Positions 48,143 to 61,195 of a stretch of DNA of 64,000 bases are shown one piece after another. The stretch is from contig OZ244958.1 of NCBI GenBank assembly GCA_965222575.1, positions 832,001 through 896,000 of the forward strand, given 5' to 3'. Source of the DNA: Alphaproteobacteria bacterium. GTDB lineage: Bacteria; Pseudomonadota; Alphaproteobacteria; G965222575. The notes under the pieces are model-generated. The model was not told where the DNA came from, did no database searches, and worked only from the letters and a program-made list of their open reading frames with translations. Within the stretch, counting starts at the first letter, position 1. Every line of letters begins with the position of its first letter. The translations under genes were made by a program, and so were the position numbers.

Positions 48143-51100
48143 ATGACTCTTAGTTTCACACAAAAGAAACGATCGCGTTGCTCTTTCGTCGGCCACAAAT
48201 TCCAAGATTCCCCTCAGTTGATGGAAGTATTGTTTCACTCTTATGCAAATTTCTTGCAGACAAATATTCCCCCGAAGGAAAGAAAAAAGGTCGGACTCCA
48301 AAGAGTTTTTTCCTCCATTTTTCCACTGCATAGCCTAGGAGAAGAAGCGAGTTTGGAGTTTGTCTCCTACCATTTAGAACCGCCTTTGTTTAGCACAGAA
48401 GAGTGTTTGAATTCTGATTTAACTTATGATGCGAAGTTGCGGGTGACTTTTCGCCTCAATGTGTTCGAAGTCAACAAGGAAACAGAGACAAAGTCCTTTG
48501 TCGATATCAAAGAACAAAGTGTTTATATGGGGAACATTCCTCTGATGACGGACAAGGCTTCCTTCATTATCAACGGAACGGAACGTGTGGTCGTAAACCA
48601 AATGCACAAAAGCCCCGGTGCCTTCTTTTCTAAAGAAGAAAAAGCCCATTCCCCGGGAAAAATCACCTATATCGGTCGCATCATTCCTTATCGAGGCACT
48701 TGGTTGGATTTTGAAATAGACAACCAGATTTATGTGCGGATTGATAGACAAAAAAAAATCTCAGCGCTCCTCTTCTTAAAAGCTCTTGGTATGAGTGACC
48801 GAGAAATTTTATCAACCTTCTACACCCCTATTATCTACCAGAAGAAAAATCCTCAGGTGTGGTGCCATGGACTTGAGTTGCCGCATCTTGTAGGCAACAT
48901 TCTCTCCTATGATTTGCTAAACCCGAACAGTGGGGAAGTCATTGTGAAAAAAGGGAAAAAAATTGAAAAGAAGCACTTCAAAGTGCTTGAAAAAGAGGGC
49001 ATAAAACAAGTTGGGGTACGAACAGAGTCTTTAATTGGCATGCCTGTATCACAAGAGGTTACGGACGCCTCCGGTAAGGTACTAGTGGAAATAGGCACAG
49101 CCCTTGATAGCAAAATGCTAGAAGAAATTACTCAATCAGGGATTAAAAAGCTCGCTTTATTACAGATTGATACCACAACAGGCCAAGCCCCTTACGAAAG
49201 CTGGGTGGCTCATAAAATCAAAGGATGCGAAGAAGCCTTACAAATGGTTTACAATCACTTATATCCCGGAGAATACTCTCCCACAAAGACTATCACTGCT
49301 AAGACTCTTGAAAACCTGTTGTTTAATCCCGATATCTATAATTTATCGGAAGTGGGAAGGATTAAGCTTAACAATCGTCTAGGAATAGAAGCACCAGAAG
49401 ACCAACTGGTCTTGAATTTAGAGGATATTTTAGCGGTTCTTAAGTATTTAACCAAATTATCCACTGGGAAAGGGGATGTGGATGATATTGACCATCTTGG
49501 GAATCGCCGAGTGAGGTCTGTTGGGGAAGTGCTTGAGAATCAGTATCGTCAGAGTCTTGCCCGCATGGAAAAAGGGATTGTTGAAAAGATGAGCTCTGCT
49601 GATGTCAAAACCTTGATGCCTGCACAGCTGATTGGTGCTAAGCTATGCGTTGCAGTTGTTAAGGAGTTTTTTGGCTCTTCACAGCTTAGCCAGCTGATGG
49701 ATCAGTCCAATCCTTTAAGTGAAATTACACACAAACGCCGGCTGTCAACTTTGGGGCCCGGAGGGCTTAATAGAGAAAGAGCAGGCTTTGAGGTAAGAGA
49801 TGTCCACGCTACGCACTACGGTCGCATCTGTCCTATTGAAACCCCTGAGGGCGCTAACATTGGATTGATTAATTCCTTGTCTACGTATGCGCGCGTGAAT
49901 CGCTATGGTTTTATAGAAACTCCTTATTATAAGGTTGAGAATGGCCAAGTCACTAGGGAAGTTGTGCATTTATCGGCAGTAGATGAAGAGGGATTAGTGA
50001 TTGCGAGTTCTAGGGTAATGAAAGAGGCTTCCGGTAAGATGGGAGAAGCGCCTTTGCAATGCCGTAAAGATGGAGAGTTTATTATGGCTTCTCCTCAAGA
50101 GATAGACTTGATTGATGTTTCGCCGCAACAGCTTGTGTCTATTGCCTCGTCTCTGATTCCCTTTTTAGAGCATGATGATGCTAATCGTGCGTTGATGGGT
50201 GCTAACATGCAACGTCAGGCAGTTCCTCTCATGAAAACGGCAGCCCCTTTTGTTGGCACGGGGATGGAAGAAATCGTTGCGCGGGAATCTGGAGCGATGT
50301 TAATTGCGCGGCGTTCTGGCATTGTGGAGCAAGTTGATAACCAACGAATTGTGATTCGTACCACAGAGGAAAAAGATTTTTCCAAATCAGGTGTCGATAT
50401 TTATCAGCTCAAGAAAATGGGCAAAACCAATCAGAACACCTGTTTTTCGCAGGTGCCTCTTGTTTCTATCTACAACGCCGTCAAAGAAGGAGATGTGATA
50501 GCCGATGGTCCTGCTACTGATAATGGGGAATTATCCTTAGGGAAAAATGTTTTGGTGTGTTTTTTATCTTGGCAGGGTTACAATTTTGAAGATTCAGTGA
50601 TTATTTCGGAACGCTTGGTGAAGGATGACATTTTCACCTCTATACATATTGAAGAATTCAATGTTTCCGCTCATGACACGAAGCTAGGTCAAGAGGAGAT
50701 CACACAGGATGTTCCCAATGTTGGGGAGGAGACCTTGAGACATTTAGATGAGTGTGGCATAGCGGAGATAGGGGCGGAAGTTCAAGAAGGGGATGTTTTA
50801 GTGGGGAAAATCACACCGAAAGGAGAGTTATTGATAACGCCGGAGGAGAAGCTTTTGCGTGCGATTTTTGGGGAGAAAGCGGCTAATGTGAAGGATACAT
50901 CCTTGCGTCTTCCTCCCGGCAGTCAAGGCACAGTTGTGAATGTGAGGATTTTCAATCAAAAAGACAGCCCCATGGAAAAAGATGCGCGTTCGCGTACTAT
51001 TGAACAAGCGGAAATAGACCAAGTACGTCGTAATATTCAAGATGAACGGCTCATTTATGAGCGCAACATTTACACGCGTCTTAAGGAGTTTTTGAAAAAT

Positions 51101-52267
51101 CAGAAACTTTCTGCTAGCAACAGAGCGTTGAAGGGGTTGAAGAAAGGGCAAGTTTTAACCTCTGAAGTGTTGCACAACTTAAACAAGGAGAATCTGTGGA
51201 AAATCTCTGTTACTGACAGGGAGGTGATGAACAAGCTAGAGGCCTTACATAAGCAGCACCAAAATGTGTTAAAGCAGATGGAAGAGAGTCTGAATCAGTT
51301 GGATGAAAAAATTAAAATGGGGAATGATCCTCCTTCTGGTGTTCTGAAAACGGTCAATGTGTATGTTGCGATTAAGCGCAAGATACAACCCGGGGACAAG
51401 GTTGCAGGTCGTCATGGCAACAAAGGAGTGATTTCTCGTATTGTGCCGGAAGAAGATATGCCTTATCTTGCTGATGGCACGCCTATTGACATGATTTTGA
51501 ATCCCCTTGGGATTCCGTCTCGTATGAATATAGGTCAGGTGCTGGAGACGCATTTAGGTCTTGCTGCAAGGGGATTAGGCATGAAGATTGACAAGCTTTG
51601 CAAAGAGCTTAGGAAACAAAAAAAGCCCTTAAAGCCTGTGAAGACGCTTTTGTCTACTTTGCACACGGGAGAAGAACAAGAGTATATTCAGTCCTTAAAT
51701 GATAAAGAGCTTGAAAAAGTGTGCAAAAATCTTGATGAAGGCGTTTGTATTGCCTCCCCTGTGTTCAACGGCGTTAAGGAAGAAAAAATCACAGAATTAC
51801 TAGAGTTAGGAGGATATCCTCCTAGTGGTCAAATTCCTCTGTATGATGGTCGAACGGGGAAACCTTTTGATGGGCATGTGACTGTTGGGAGTATGTATAT
51901 GATGAAGCTGCATCACCTTGTTGATGATAAGATTCACGCCCGCTCCATAGGTCCCTACTCTTTGGTGACGCAACAGCCTTTAGGCGGAAAATCTCAATTT
52001 GGAGGGCAGCGCTTTGGAGAAATGGAAGTGTGGGCTTTAGAAGCTTATGGTGCTGCGTATACCTTAAGAGAAATGCTCACGGTGAAGTCCGATGATATTC
52101 GCGGGCGGGGGCGCATGTATGAAGCGATTATTGGCGGTAGTGTGAATTTTAGCATTGGGATACCTGAGAGTTTCAATGTTTTAATTAAAGAATTACGGGG
52201 CTTAGGGCTGAATCTGGAATTAAAAACTTCTCATTTGGCACCTGCCGCACTGCCTCCTCCTTTGTAA
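48143..52267 (+). CDS. rpoB: RNA polymerase beta subunit
   Basis: DDIDHLGNRRVR, GRICPIETPEG, GDKVAGRHGNKG, GGQRFGEMEVWALEAYG. Confidence 0.98.
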   Translation: MTLSFTQKKRSRCSFVGHKFQDSPQLMEVLFHSYANFLQTNIPPKERKKVGLQRVFSSIFPLHSLGEEASLEFVSYHLEPPLFSTEECLNSDLTYDAKLRVTFRLNVFEVNKETETKSFVDIKEQSVYMGNIPLMTDKASFIINGTERVVVNQMHKSPGAFFSKEEKAHSPGKITYIGRIIPYRGTWLDFEIDNQIYVRIDRQKKISALLFLKALGMSDREILSTFYTPIIYQKKNPQVWCHGLELPHLVGNILSYDLLNPNSGEVIVKKGKKIEKKHFKVLEKEGIKQVGVRTESLIGMPVSQEVTDASGKVLVEIGTALDSKMLEEITQSGIKKLALLQIDTTTGQAPYESWVAHKIKGCEEALQMVYNHLYPGEYSPTKTITAKTLENLLFNPDIYNLSEVGRIKLNNRLGIEAPEDQLVLNLEDILAVLKYLTKLSTGKGDVDDIDHLGNRRVRSVGEVLENQYRQSLARMEKGIVEKMSSADVKTLMPAQLIGAKLCVAVVKEFFGSSQLSQLMDQSNPLSEITHKRRLSTLGPGGLNRERAGFEVRDVHATHYGRICPIETPEGANIGLINSLSTYARVNRYGFIETPYYKVENGQVTREVVHLSAVDEEGLVIASSRVMKEASGKMGEAPLQCRKDGEFIMASPQEIDLIDVSPQQLVSIASSLIPFLEHDDANRALMGANMQRQAVPLMKTAAPFVGTGMEEIVARESGAMLIARRSGIVEQVDNQRIVIRTTEEKDFSKSGVDIYQLKKMGKTNQNTCFSQVPLVSIYNAVKEGDVIADGPATDNGELSLGKNVLVCFLSWQGYNFEDSVIISERLVKDDIFTSIHIEEFNVSAHDTKLGQEEITQDVPNVGEETLRHLDECGIAEIGAEVQEGDVLVGKITPKGELLITPEEKLLRAIFGEKAANVKDTSLRLPPGSQGTVVNVRIFNQKDSPMEKDARSRTIEQAEIDQVRRNIQDERLIYERNIYTRLKEFLKNQKLSASNRALKGLKKGQVLTSEVLHNLNKENLWKISVTDREVMNKLEALHKQHQNVLKQMEESLNQLDEKIKMGNDPPSGVLKTVNVYVAIKRKIQPGDKVAGRHGNKGVISRIVPEEDMPYLADGTPIDMILNPLGIPSRMNIGQVLETHLGLAARGLGMKIDKLCKELRKQKKPLKPVKTLLSTLHTGEEQEYIQSLNDKELEKVCKNLDEGVCIASPVFNGVKEEKITELLELGGYPPSGQIPLYDGRTGKPFDGHVTVGSMYMMKLHHLVDDKIHARSIGPYSLVTQQPLGGKSQFGGQRFGEMEVWALEAYGAAYTLREMLTVKSDDIRGRGRMYEAIIGGSVNFSIGIPESFNVLIKELRGLGLNLELKTSHLAPAALPPPL

Positions 52268-52289
52268 TAACTAACAACCCGACTGTCCT

Positions 52290-55200
52290 ATGAGTGATAA
52301 TTTGAAGTATCCCCCTGCTCAGAAAAAGCATGAAGAGAGTTTTGATGAAGTCCGCATATCCATTGCGAGTCCTGAAGATATTAAGCGTTGGTCTTATGGA
52401 GAGGTCAAAAAGCCTGAGACGATTAATTATCGGACATTTAAGCCGGAACAGGGTGGGTTGTTTTGCTCCTGTATTTTTGGCCCTACTAAGGACTATGAGT
52501 GTTTGTGCGGGCGTTATAAGAGAATCAAGTATAAAGGCATTGTATGCGAGAAGTGCAATGTAGAAGTGACGGAAGCTAAGGTTCGTCGTGACAGGATGGG
52601 TCATATTGACCTTGCGGTACCGGTGGCTCATATTTGGTTTTTGCGGTCTATTCCGTCACGATTAGGCATGGTGTTAGATATTCCCATGAAGACTTTGGAA
52701 CAAGTGTTGTATTTTCAGAAATACCTTGTATCGGAGCCCGGCTTAACATCTTTGAAGAAAAATCAAGCCTTATCGGAGCAAGAGTTTCAAGAAGCGTGTG
52801 AACAGTACGGAGAAGATGCGTTTTCTTATGGCATTGGGGCAGAAGTGATTGAGGAAGTGTTAAAGGCTATGAATCTCTCAGAGGAACGTTCTCATTTGGT
52901 GGAGATTCTGAAGAAGAAAACAACAGACGTTATGAAGAAGAAGCTTACAAAACGTCTGGAGTTGCTCAATGCGTTTCTATTGTCCGGTGTGAAGCCGCAC
53001 TGGATGATTTTACGGTCACTGCCGGTGTTACCGCCGGATTTAAGGCCTCTTGTTCCATTGGAGCGGGGACATTTTGCTACCTCGGATTTGAATAATCTGT
53101 ATCGGCGCGTGATTAATCGCAATAATCGTCTTAAGCGGTTGATACAACTGCAGGCACCAGAGATTATTTTACGCAATGAGAAGCGCATGTTACAAGAATC
53201 AGTAGATGCCCTCTTTGACAACAACAAGCGCAGTCGTCCTATTGTGGGGACAAACAAGCGTCCGTTGAAATCTTTATCGGATATTTTACGTGGGAAGCAG
53301 GGACGTTTTCGTCAGAATCTCTTAGGGAAAAGGGTAGATTATTCTGCGCGTTCTGTGATTATTGTGGGGCCGACTTTGAAGTTACACCAATGTGGGTTAC
53401 CGAAGAAAATTGCGCTAGAATTGTTTAAGCCCTTTGTGTTTGGAGAGCTTAAGAAGCGTGGGTTGTGTCGCACCTTAAAAAAGGCGCGCAAGTTTGTTGA
53501 GGCGCAATATGAAGAAGTGTGGGATTGTTTAGAGACGGTCATCAAAAGCCACCTTGTGTTACTGAACAGAGCCCCAACGCTTCACCGTCTTGGGATACAA
53601 GCTTTTGAGCCTATTTTAGTACCGGGCAAAGCCATACAGCTTCACCCGTTGGTCTGTACAGCGTTTAATGCGGATTTTGATGGAGACCAAATGGCTATTC
53701 ACTTGCCTTTGTCCATAGAGGCGCAAATGGAAACCCAAGTGTTAATGCTCTCAACGAATAACGTGCTCAGTCCGGCTAATGGGAAGCCTATTGTGACTCC
53801 GACTTTGGATATTATTTTAGGGTTGTACTATATGACCTTAAAGCTTGACAAGCAGGCCGGAGAAGGCATGGTTTTTACAGACTTAGATGAGCTAGAGTTG
53901 GCCTTACATAAGGGGATAATTACCCTTCACAGCAAGATTTTGTGTCAAGTGGAAGAGAGCGATGAAGACGGGCAAGAGCAGTTACTTTTGCGAAAAGGAA
54001 CGGGGGGGCGGTTTTTATTCTATAATGCCCTCCCTGATTTTCCGGGCAAGAGCTTTGAGAAAGTCAACAAAAATATGGGCAAGATAGAAGTCACCAACCT
54101 TGTGGAGGAAATTTTTGTCAAAGCCAAAAGAAAGGATGCAATTATATTTTGTGATACCCTAAAACGGCTTGGATTTCATTATGCAACAGCAAGCGGTATT
54201 TCCTTTGGTAAAGATGATCTGCTAGTTCCAGTGGCTAAGGATGCCCTTGTGAAGAAAGCCCGTGAGTTGGTGTCTTCTCTTGAGAATCAATATATGGAGG
54301 GACTGATTACCCGTGAAGAGAAGCGCAACAAAACTATTGAAGTTTGGTCGAATTGTACCAATAGGGTCTCTGATGCGCTTATGGATAAGCTATCAAAGGT
54401 TGGTAAGGATAAAGAGGGGTTACAAGCCCATAGACCTAACTCGATTTTTATGATGTCGGATTCAGGGGCGCGTTCATCTGCTACACAAATTCGTCAATTA
54501 GCGGGCATGCGTGGGTTAATGGCTAAGCCTTCAGGGGAGATTATGGAAATGCCTATTATAGCGAATTTTCGTGATGGGTTAGGGGTTTTGGATTATTTTA
54601 ACTCCACCCACGGGGCGCGCAAAGGATTGGCAGATACAGCCTTAAAGACAGCAAATTCAGGATATTTAACGCGTCGTTTAGTGGATGTAGCACAAGATTG
54701 CGTCATTATGGAAGCGGATTGCGGCACGACGGAAGGATTATTGGTTTCGGAAGTGATTGAAGGCTCGTCGGTAATTGTTTCTTTGTTGGAGTCTGTTGTG
54801 GGGCGTTTTGTAGCGGGAGAGGAAGATGTTGTTTCTCCGGAAGGCAAAGAGGTGTTAGCACAAGCGGGAGATTTTATTGATGAGTCCAAAGCGGGAAAAT
54901 TACAGGACTGCGGCATTACGGAGTTATTGGTACGGTCGCCTTTATTTTGCAAAGCCGAAAGAGGATGTTGTCAAAAGTGTTACGGCAGGGATTTAGCAAG
55001 AGGTAAGATAGTAGATTTTGGAGAAGCTGTTGGCATTGTAGCGGCTCAATCTATTGGGGAGCCTGGCACACAATTGACCATGAGAACGTTCCATATTGGA
55101 GGGGCTGCTCAAGTATCGGAGCAGTCGTACATTCAGTCACCGGTGAAGGGGAAAGTGACCTTTGAAAATCTTTCTACGGTGGCTTCTCCGGAAAAGAATG

Positions 55201-56510
55201 CTGTGCACCAGATTGTGATAGGGCGCAATGGAGAAATGGTTTTATGGGATTACCATAATAGAGAAAGGGCGCGTTATCGCTTAGGGTATGGGTCTCGGTT
55301 GTATGTCAAAGAAGGCGATGCGGTGTCCCCGGGAGATAAACTATCAGATTGGGACCCTTATACTATCCCTATTATTTCGGAGAAAGCTGGTATTGTGAGT
55401 TATCGAGATTTACAAGATGGGGTTTCGTTACAGGATCACATGGATAAAGAAACTGGTCTTGCGAATAAAGTCATTATTGACTGGAAGCAAAAGGATAAGA
55501 AAGCGCTGTTATCTCCGCGTATTACATTACGGAATAAGAAAGGGGAAGTGATACTATTGCCTAATGGTCAGGAGGCAAGATATTTACTGTTGCCCGGCGC
55601 GATTTTATCTGTTGAAGACCAACAGCCTATTGAGGTAGGGAAGATTTTAGCCCGCCTTCCTAGAGCCGGGTCGCGTAATAGAGACATTACAGGCGGTCTT
55701 CCGCGTGTTTCAGAGCTATTTGAAGCCCGTCAGCCCCAAGATTGTGCAGTATTAGCGCGTTTCAATGGTCATGTGGAAATCAAAAAGAAAGAAAGCAAAT
55801 TCCTCCACCTTGTGCTGTCGCCTGTGAAAGAGTCGAAGGAAGAGCTTCCCTTTACATACGCTATTCCTAAGGGGTTGCATCTGAATGTACAGGATGGAGA
55901 TTTTGTGCGTCGCGGGGATTATCTAGTGGATGGAGTACCTTCCTTACACGATATCTTAGATATTGTGGGTCTTCAGGGGTTAGCCAACTACTTGATTCAA
56001 GAGATTCAAAATGTGTATCTCATGCAAGGGGTTCGAATCAACAACAAGCATATAGAAATCATTATCAAACAAATGATTCAGAAAGTGGAGATTTTAGAGA
56101 GGGGAGACAGTACATTTGATGTGGATTCCATAGTGGAACATAGTGAGGTTTTAAGGAAAAACAAGCAGTTAGAAGCGGAGAAGAAGAAAAAGGTTGTGTA
56201 CAAATTCAAATTGCTAGGGATTACTAAAGCGTCGTTGAAATCGACCTCTTTTATCTCTGCGGCGTCCTTTCAAGAGACGACTCGGATTTTAACCTCAGCA
56301 GCCATAGAGGGGAAAGTAGACAAACTCGTTGGCTTAAAGGAGAACATCATTGTTGGTCATTTAATTCCAGCTGGCACAGGGTTTGTATCACGGCAGCTAT
56401 TATCTGATGAAGGGCAAATGATAGAGGAAGAAATTCCCCCTGTTTCTCCAGAGGTACTAGAGTCCAGTATTTCGGAAGAAAAGCCTGTACAAGAAGAGCA
56501 GTCGCTTTAG
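52290..56510 (+). CDS. rpoC: RNA polymerase beta-prime subunit
   Basis: [35 protein letters not shown]. Confidence 0.98.
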   Translation: MSDNLKYPPAQKKHEESFDEVRISIASPEDIKRWSYGEVKKPETINYRTFKPEQGGLFCSCIFGPTKDYECLCGRYKRIKYKGIVCEKCNVEVTEAKVRRDRMGHIDLAVPVAHIWFLRSIPSRLGMVLDIPMKTLEQVLYFQKYLVSEPGLTSLKKNQALSEQEFQEACEQYGEDAFSYGIGAEVIEEVLKAMNLSEERSHLVEILKKKTTDVMKKKLTKRLELLNAFLLSGVKPHWMILRSLPVLPPDLRPLVPLERGHFATSDLNNLYRRVINRNNRLKRLIQLQAPEIILRNEKRMLQESVDALFDNNKRSRPIVGTNKRPLKSLSDILRGKQGRFRQNLLGKRVDYSARSVIIVGPTLKLHQCGLPKKIALELFKPFVFGELKKRGLCRTLKKARKFVEAQYEEVWDCLETVIKSHLVLLNRAPTLHRLGIQAFEPILVPGKAIQLHPLVCTAFNADFDGDQMAIHLPLSIEAQMETQVLMLSTNNVLSPANGKPIVTPTLDIILGLYYMTLKLDKQAGEGMVFTDLDELELALHKGIITLHSKILCQVEESDEDGQEQLLLRKGTGGRFLFYNALPDFPGKSFEKVNKNMGKIEVTNLVEEIFVKAKRKDAIIFCDTLKRLGFHYATASGISFGKDDLLVPVAKDALVKKARELVSSLENQYMEGLITREEKRNKTIEVWSNCTNRVSDALMDKLSKVGKDKEGLQAHRPNSIFMMSDSGARSSATQIRQLAGMRGLMAKPSGEIMEMPIIANFRDGLGVLDYFNSTHGARKGLADTALKTANSGYLTRRLVDVAQDCVIMEADCGTTEGLLVSEVIEGSSVIVSLLESVVGRFVAGEEDVVSPEGKEVLAQAGDFIDESKAGKLQDCGITELLVRSPLFCKAERGCCQKCYGRDLARGKIVDFGEAVGIVAAQSIGEPGTQLTMRTFHIGGAAQVSEQSYIQSPVKGKVTFENLSTVASPEKNAVHQIVIGRNGEMVLWDYHNRERARYRLGYGSRLYVKEGDAVSPGDKLSDWDPYTIPIISEKAGIVSYRDLQDGVSLQDHMDKETGLANKVIIDWKQKDKKALLSPRITLRNKKGEVILLPNGQEARYLLLPGAILSVEDQQPIEVGKILARLPRAGSRNRDITGGLPRVSELFEARQPQDCAVLARFNGHVEIKKKESKFLHLVLSPVKESKEELPFTYAIPKGLHLNVQDGDFVRRGDYLVDGVPSLHDILDIVGLQGLANYLIQEIQNVYLMQGVRINNKHIEIIIKQMIQKVEILERGDSTFDVDSIVEHSEVLRKNKQLEAEKKKKVVYKFKLLGITKASLKSTSFISAASFQETTRILTSAAIEGKVDKLVGLKENIIVGHLIPAGTGFVSRQLLSDEGQMIEEEIPPVSPEVLESSISEEKPVQEEQSL

Positions 56511-56539
56511 AGGGAAGGAGTTTTTGCATTTAAGGTGAG

Positions 56540-56566
56540 AAAAACTTTGTATTCAAAGGTTTTTTT
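56540..56566 (+). terminator. Possible weak intrinsic terminator after rpoC
   Basis: AAAAACTTTG-TATT-CAAAGG followed by T7; AT-rich stem. Confidence 0.4.
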
Positions 56567-56567
56567 C

Positions 56568-56596
56568 TTGACCAAGGGGAGTGTTTAGGTTAGCGT
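56568..56596 (+). promoter_or_regulatory. Putative sigma70 promoter of the str operon
   Basis: TTGACC-N17-TAGCGT upstream of rpsL. Confidence 0.5.
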
Positions 56597-56741
56597 AATC
56601 CTTACGACTTCAGGAGTAAGAGCCAAGCGGAAAGTGTTTAGGGCTTTTTCTTGAGTGTAGAAGTGAGAAAAGGGGGGGATTTTTCTTAATTTTGAGGGAA
56701 GCCAAGAGGGGGAGGGTTATAACGCAGTTGCAGGATTTAAG

Positions 56742-57113
56742 ATGCCAACGATTAACCAGCTTGTACGGAGGGGGCGTAAAGCGCCAGTAAAGCGCAAGAA
56801 GAATCCCGCCCTTCAGGGTTGTCCTCAGAAGCGGGGAATTTGCACGCGTGTTTACACCACAACGCCAAAGAAGCCTAACTCGGCTTTAAGGAAAGTGGCT
56901 CGGGTGAAACTGACCAACGCCCAAGAAGTGACAGCGTATGTTCCCGGAGAAGGGCATAATCTACAGGAGCACTCAGTAATTTTGATTCGCGGGGGGCGGG
57001 TCAAAGATTTGCCCGGCGTGCGGTATCACTCTATACGGGGGGTATTGGAGTCTGCGGGAGTGCAGGAGCGCCGCCAAGGGCGCTCTAAGTATGGAGCCAA
57101 AAAACCTAAATAA
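56742..57113 (+). CDS. rpsL: 30S ribosomal protein S12
   Basis: [31 protein letters not shown]. Confidence 0.98.
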   Translation: MPTINQLVRRGRKAPVKRKKNPALQGCPQKRGICTRVYTTTPKKPNSALRKVARVKLTNAQEVTAYVPGEGHNLQEHSVILIRGGRVKDLPGVRYHSIRGVLESAGVQERRQGRSKYGAKKPK

Positions 57114-57122
57114 GGAGGGTTT

Positions 57123-57593
57123 ATGTCAAGACGTCATTCTGCTCCTACAAGGACTGTGCCTCCTGATGCTTTGTATAAGGATGAAAGGGTAGCGAAATTG
57201 ATTAATGTGCTGATGCTCAAGGGGAAGAAATCTGTAGCGGAGAAGATTGTCTATGAAGCGTTTGAGATGATTAAACACTCTTCCAAGAAAGACGTGCTGG
57301 AGGTTTTTCATCAAGCTTTAGGGTTTATTAAGCCTAGTGTTGAGGTACGGTCTCGTCGTGTTGGCGGTGCGACCTATCAAATTCCTATGGATGTTCGTCC
57401 CCAACGTTCAGAGACACTAGCCTTAAGATGGCTTGTGAACATGTCGCTTAAGCGTGGGGAGAAAAGGCAATCGGAACGTTTGGCTGGCGAAATTCTAGAG
57501 GCTTATGCGGAGCGTGGCGGAGCTGTTAAGAAACGTGTTGAGACTCATAAGATGGCCGAGGCGAACAAAGCCTTTGCCCATTATCGTTGGTAG
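57123..57593 (+). CDS. rpsG: 30S ribosomal protein S7
   Basis: [25 protein letters not shown]. Confidence 0.98.
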   Translation: MSRRHSAPTRTVPPDALYKDERVAKLINVLMLKGKKSVAEKIVYEAFEMIKHSSKKDVLEVFHQALGFIKPSVEVRSRRVGGATYQIPMDVRPQRSETLALRWLVNMSLKRGEKRQSERLAGEILEAYAERGGAVKKRVETHKMAEANKAFAHYRW

Positions 57594-57603
57594 GTATCAG
57601 AGA

Positions 57604-59673
57604 ATGGCCAGAGCAATTTCTTTATCGAATTACCGCAACATTGGCATTATGGCTCATATTGATGCTGGTAAGACAACGACGACGGAGAGGATTTTATACT
57701 ATACAGGGAAGTCTCATAAGATAGGAGAAGTTCATGATGGTGCTGCAACTATGGATTGGATGGAGCAGGAGCAAGAAAGAGGCATTACCATTACATCAGC
57801 GGCGACGACCTGTTTTTGGAAGGATCACCGCATTAACATTATTGACACGCCCGGGCATGTAGATTTTACCATTGAGGTTGAGAGGGCTCTGAGGGTTTTA
57901 GACGGAGCGGTTGCGGTTTTTGATTCTGTTGCTGGTGTTGAGCCACAATCTGAGACGGTGTGGCGTCAGGCGGACAAGTACCGTGTTCCGCGGATTTGTT
58001 TTATGAACAAGCTTGATAGGATAGGGGCAGATTTTTTTAATTGCGTGAAGATGGTAGAGGAGCGCTTAGGAGCGGTTCCTCTTGTTCTTCAGTTACCTTT
58101 AGGTAAGGAGGCGGATTTTCAGGGGGTGGTGGATTTGGTAAAGAGGAAAGCGTTGGTATGGAAAAAGAAGGAGGGTTTGGGGGAAACTTATGACGAGGTT
58201 GAGATTCCGGCTTTTATGAGAGAGGAGGCGCGCAAGTGGTATGAGATTTTGCTAGAGAAGATTGTTGAAGAAGATGACGAAACTATGGAGACTTTTTTAG
58301 AAGGGGGAGCGGTATCGGAAGAGACGCTTCGGCGTCTGATTCGCAAAGGGACGTTAAAAGGGTCTTTTGTTCCCATATTGTGCGGGTCTGCTTTCAAGAA
58401 CAAAGGGGTACAGCCTCTTTTGGATGCTGTGGTAGGGTATTTACCGTCTCCATTAGATATTGGGTCTGTTGAGGAAGAGGGGAACAGTCAGGAGAAGCGC
58501 CGCCCGGATGATGATGAGCCGTTTTGCGGTATTGCTTTTAAGATTATGAATGATCCCTTTGTAGGGTCTTTAACATTTTGTCGTGTTTATGCGGGGATAT
58601 TAGAGAGTGGCAGTGGGATTTTGAATGCAACGAAAGACAAAAAGGAACGTATTGGCCGCATGGTGTTGATGCATTCGAAGGCGAGGGAGGAGATAAAGAC
58701 TGCCTATACGGGAGACATTGTGGCATTAGTTGGGATGAAGTATACCACAACAGGAGATACACTTTGCGCTTCCTCGCACAAGATAATTTTAGAAAAGATT
58801 GATTTTCCTGATCCTGTGATTGAGCAAGCATTGGAGCCTAAGACTAGAGGGGATTATGAGAAGATGTCGGCGGCTTTGCAGCGCTTAGGAGCGGAAGACC
58901 CCTCTTTTAAGACCAGTGTTAATCATGAGACGGGTCAGACAATTATCAAAGGGATGGGAGAGCTTCACCTTGACATTATTGTGGACAGGTTGAAGCGGGA
59001 ATTTCAGGTTGAAGCGGACGTGGGGGCGCCGCAAGTGGCTTATCGTGAGACCTTCACAAAGGGGGCTTTGATTGATTATCTTCATAAGAAGCAAACAGGA
59101 GGAGCAGGACAGTTTGCAAGGATTAAACTTGAGATTACGCCGTTGCCGCCCGGTAGTGGGGTGACATTTCAAAGCAAAGTTGTAGGAGGGTCAGTTCCTA
59201 AGGAGTACATACCGGGTGTTGAAAAGGGGATAAGGCAAGCCTCTTCTGCTGGAGTTTTAGCTGGATATCCCGTGATAGATTTTCACTGTAGATTGCTAGA
59301 CGGCGCCCATCATGACGTGGATTCCTCTGTTTTAGCATTTGAAATTGCAGCACGTTCAGCGTTTCGCGCAATAGCGCCGAAAGCAGGCCCTTGTTTACTG
59401 GAGCCGATTATGAGCATAGAGGTGATTACACCGGAAAGTTTCATGGGAGACGTCATAGGAGACCTGAATGCGCGTCGCGGTCAGATTCAAGGGAGTGAAA
59501 CACGCGGCAATGCCGCTGTTATTGCCTGTTTGGCTCCCCTTGCTACAATGTTTGGCTATGTGAACACTTTGAGGTCTATGACACAAGGCAGAGCGCAATT
59601 CACTATGCAATTTGAGAAATATGAACAAGTGCCAAAATCAGTAGCTACAGAAATTATTTCAGAACTAAAATAA
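57604..59673 (+). CDS. fusA: Elongation factor G
   Basis: [32 protein letters not shown] at 57604 after the rpsG stop. Confidence 0.98.
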   Translation: MARAISLSNYRNIGIMAHIDAGKTTTTERILYYTGKSHKIGEVHDGAATMDWMEQEQERGITITSAATTCFWKDHRINIIDTPGHVDFTIEVERALRVLDGAVAVFDSVAGVEPQSETVWRQADKYRVPRICFMNKLDRIGADFFNCVKMVEERLGAVPLVLQLPLGKEADFQGVVDLVKRKALVWKKKEGLGETYDEVEIPAFMREEARKWYEILLEKIVEEDDETMETFLEGGAVSEETLRRLIRKGTLKGSFVPILCGSAFKNKGVQPLLDAVVGYLPSPLDIGSVEEEGNSQEKRRPDDDEPFCGIAFKIMNDPFVGSLTFCRVYAGILESGSGILNATKDKKERIGRMVLMHSKAREEIKTAYTGDIVALVGMKYTTTGDTLCASSHKIILEKIDFPDPVIEQALEPKTRGDYEKMSAALQRLGAEDPSFKTSVNHETGQTIIKGMGELHLDIIVDRLKREFQVEADVGAPQVAYRETFTKGALIDYLHKKQTGGAGQFARIKLEITPLPPGSGVTFQSKVVGGSVPKEYIPGVEKGIRQASSAGVLAGYPVIDFHCRLLDGAHHDVDSSVLAFEIAARSAFRAIAPKAGPCLLEPIMSIEVITPESFMGDVIGDLNARRGQIQGSETRGNAAVIACLAPLATMFGYVNTLRSMTQGRAQFTMQFEKYEQVPKSVATEIISELK

Positions 59674-59691
59674 GACGTAAGGAGAAGTAGT

Positions 59692-60882
59692 ATGGCCAAG
59701 AAGAAGTTTGAAAGGAACAAGCCGCACTGCAACATAGGGACTATAGGTCATGTTGACCATGGGAAGACCACATTGACAGCAGCTATCACGAAAGTGTTAG
59801 GGGAAAAGGGGCAAGCGGATTTCAAGGGGTATGACCAGATTGACAATGCCCCAGAGGAGAAGGCGCGTGGTATTACGATTTCTACGGCTCATGTGGAGTA
59901 TGAGACGGACAAGAGGCACTATGCTCATGTTGACTGTCCTGGACATGCGGACTATGTGAAGAATATGATTACTGGTGCAGCACAGATGGACGGGGCTATA
60001 TTGGTAGTGAGTGCTGCTGATGGTCCTATGCCGCAGACGCGGGAGCATATTTTGCTAGCCCGTCAAGTAGGGGTACCCGCTATTGTGGTGTATCTGAACA
60101 AGAGTGATCAGGTAGAGGATCAAGAGCTTGTGGACTTAGTGGAGTTAGAGATACGGGAGTTATTGAGTAAGTATGAATTTCCTGGGGATGACATTCCTAT
60201 TGTGAAGGGGTCTGCTTTATTAGCGTTAGAAGGGAAGTCCCCGGAGAGTGGGGAAAAGTCTATTGAAGAGTTGATGAAACAGATTGATGAGACGATACCT
60301 CAACCTTTAAGGCCTAAGGACAAAGATTTTCTGATGCCTATAGAAGATGTATTTTCTATTTCAGGACGAGGGACTGTTGTGACGGGGCGTATAGAGAGGG
60401 GGATTGTACGTGTTGGGGACAATGTTGAGATAGTGGGGTTAAAAGAGACGCAGAAGACGACCTGTACGGGTGTAGAGATGTTTAGGAAGCTTCTTGATGA
60501 AGGCATGGCGGGAGACAATGTTGGGGTATTGTTAAGAGGTATTGACAGAGAGGCTGTACAGAGGGGACAAGTTTTGTCTAAGCCGGGGAGTATTACGCCA
60601 CACACGCAATTTACAGCGGAGGCGTATATTTTGACGAAAGAAGAAGGGGGACGTCATACGGCATTTTTTGGAAATTATCGCCCACAATTTTATTTTCGGA
60701 CAACAGATGTGACTGGGACTATTAAGCTAGAGAAGGGGGTTGAGATGGTGATGCCGGGAGACAATGTGAATATTGAGGTAGAGCTTTATGTCCCTATAGC
60801 CATGGATGAAGGGTTAAGGTTTGCTATTCGTGAAGGGGGCAGAACTGTTGGGGCAGGCGTCGTTACAAAAATCCTAAAATAG
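59692..60882 (+). CDS. tuf: Elongation factor Tu
   Basis: [25 protein letters not shown]. Confidence 0.99.
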   Translation: MAKKKFERNKPHCNIGTIGHVDHGKTTLTAAITKVLGEKGQADFKGYDQIDNAPEEKARGITISTAHVEYETDKRHYAHVDCPGHADYVKNMITGAAQMDGAILVVSAADGPMPQTREHILLARQVGVPAIVVYLNKSDQVEDQELVDLVELEIRELLSKYEFPGDDIPIVKGSALLALEGKSPESGEKSIEELMKQIDETIPQPLRPKDKDFLMPIEDVFSISGRGTVVTGRIERGIVRVGDNVEIVGLKETQKTTCTGVEMFRKLLDEGMAGDNVGVLLRGIDREAVQRGQVLSKPGSITPHTQFTAEAYILTKEEGGRHTAFFGNYRPQFYFRTTDVTGTIKLEKGVEMVMPGDNVNIEVELYVPIAMDEGLRFAIREGGRTVGAGVVTKILK

Positions 60883-60890
60883 AACACACA

Positions 60891-61193
60891 ATGAACAATA
60901 TACGCATTCAGCTAAAAGGATTTGACTATCGGGTCTTAGATAGGTCTACAGCAGAAATAGTAGACACAGCACACCGTACAGGGGCGCGGATTGTCGGTCC
61001 TATTCCTCTCCCTACAAAAATAGAACGCTTCACTGTTTTACGCTCCCCTCATGTGAACAAAAAATCTCGCGAACAATTTGAAATGCGCACCCATAAACGT
61101 ATCATTAGCATTTTAGAACCCACAAGCCAAACAATAGAAGCCTTAAAAAAGCTAGATATTGCCTACGGCGTCAATATAGAGGTGAAACTATAA
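60891..61193 (+). CDS. rpsJ: 30S ribosomal protein S10
   Basis: [27 protein letters not shown]. Confidence 0.98.
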   Translation: MNNIRIQLKGFDYRVLDRSTAEIVDTAHRTGARIVGPIPLPTKIERFTVLRSPHVNKKSREQFEMRTHKRIISILEPTSQTIEALKKLDIAYGVNIEVKL

Positions 61194-61195
61194 CA

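Noticed and set aside
57505..57603. N-terminal extension of EF-G
   Set aside because: Overlaps rpsG; the ATG at 57604 gives the normal N-terminus.
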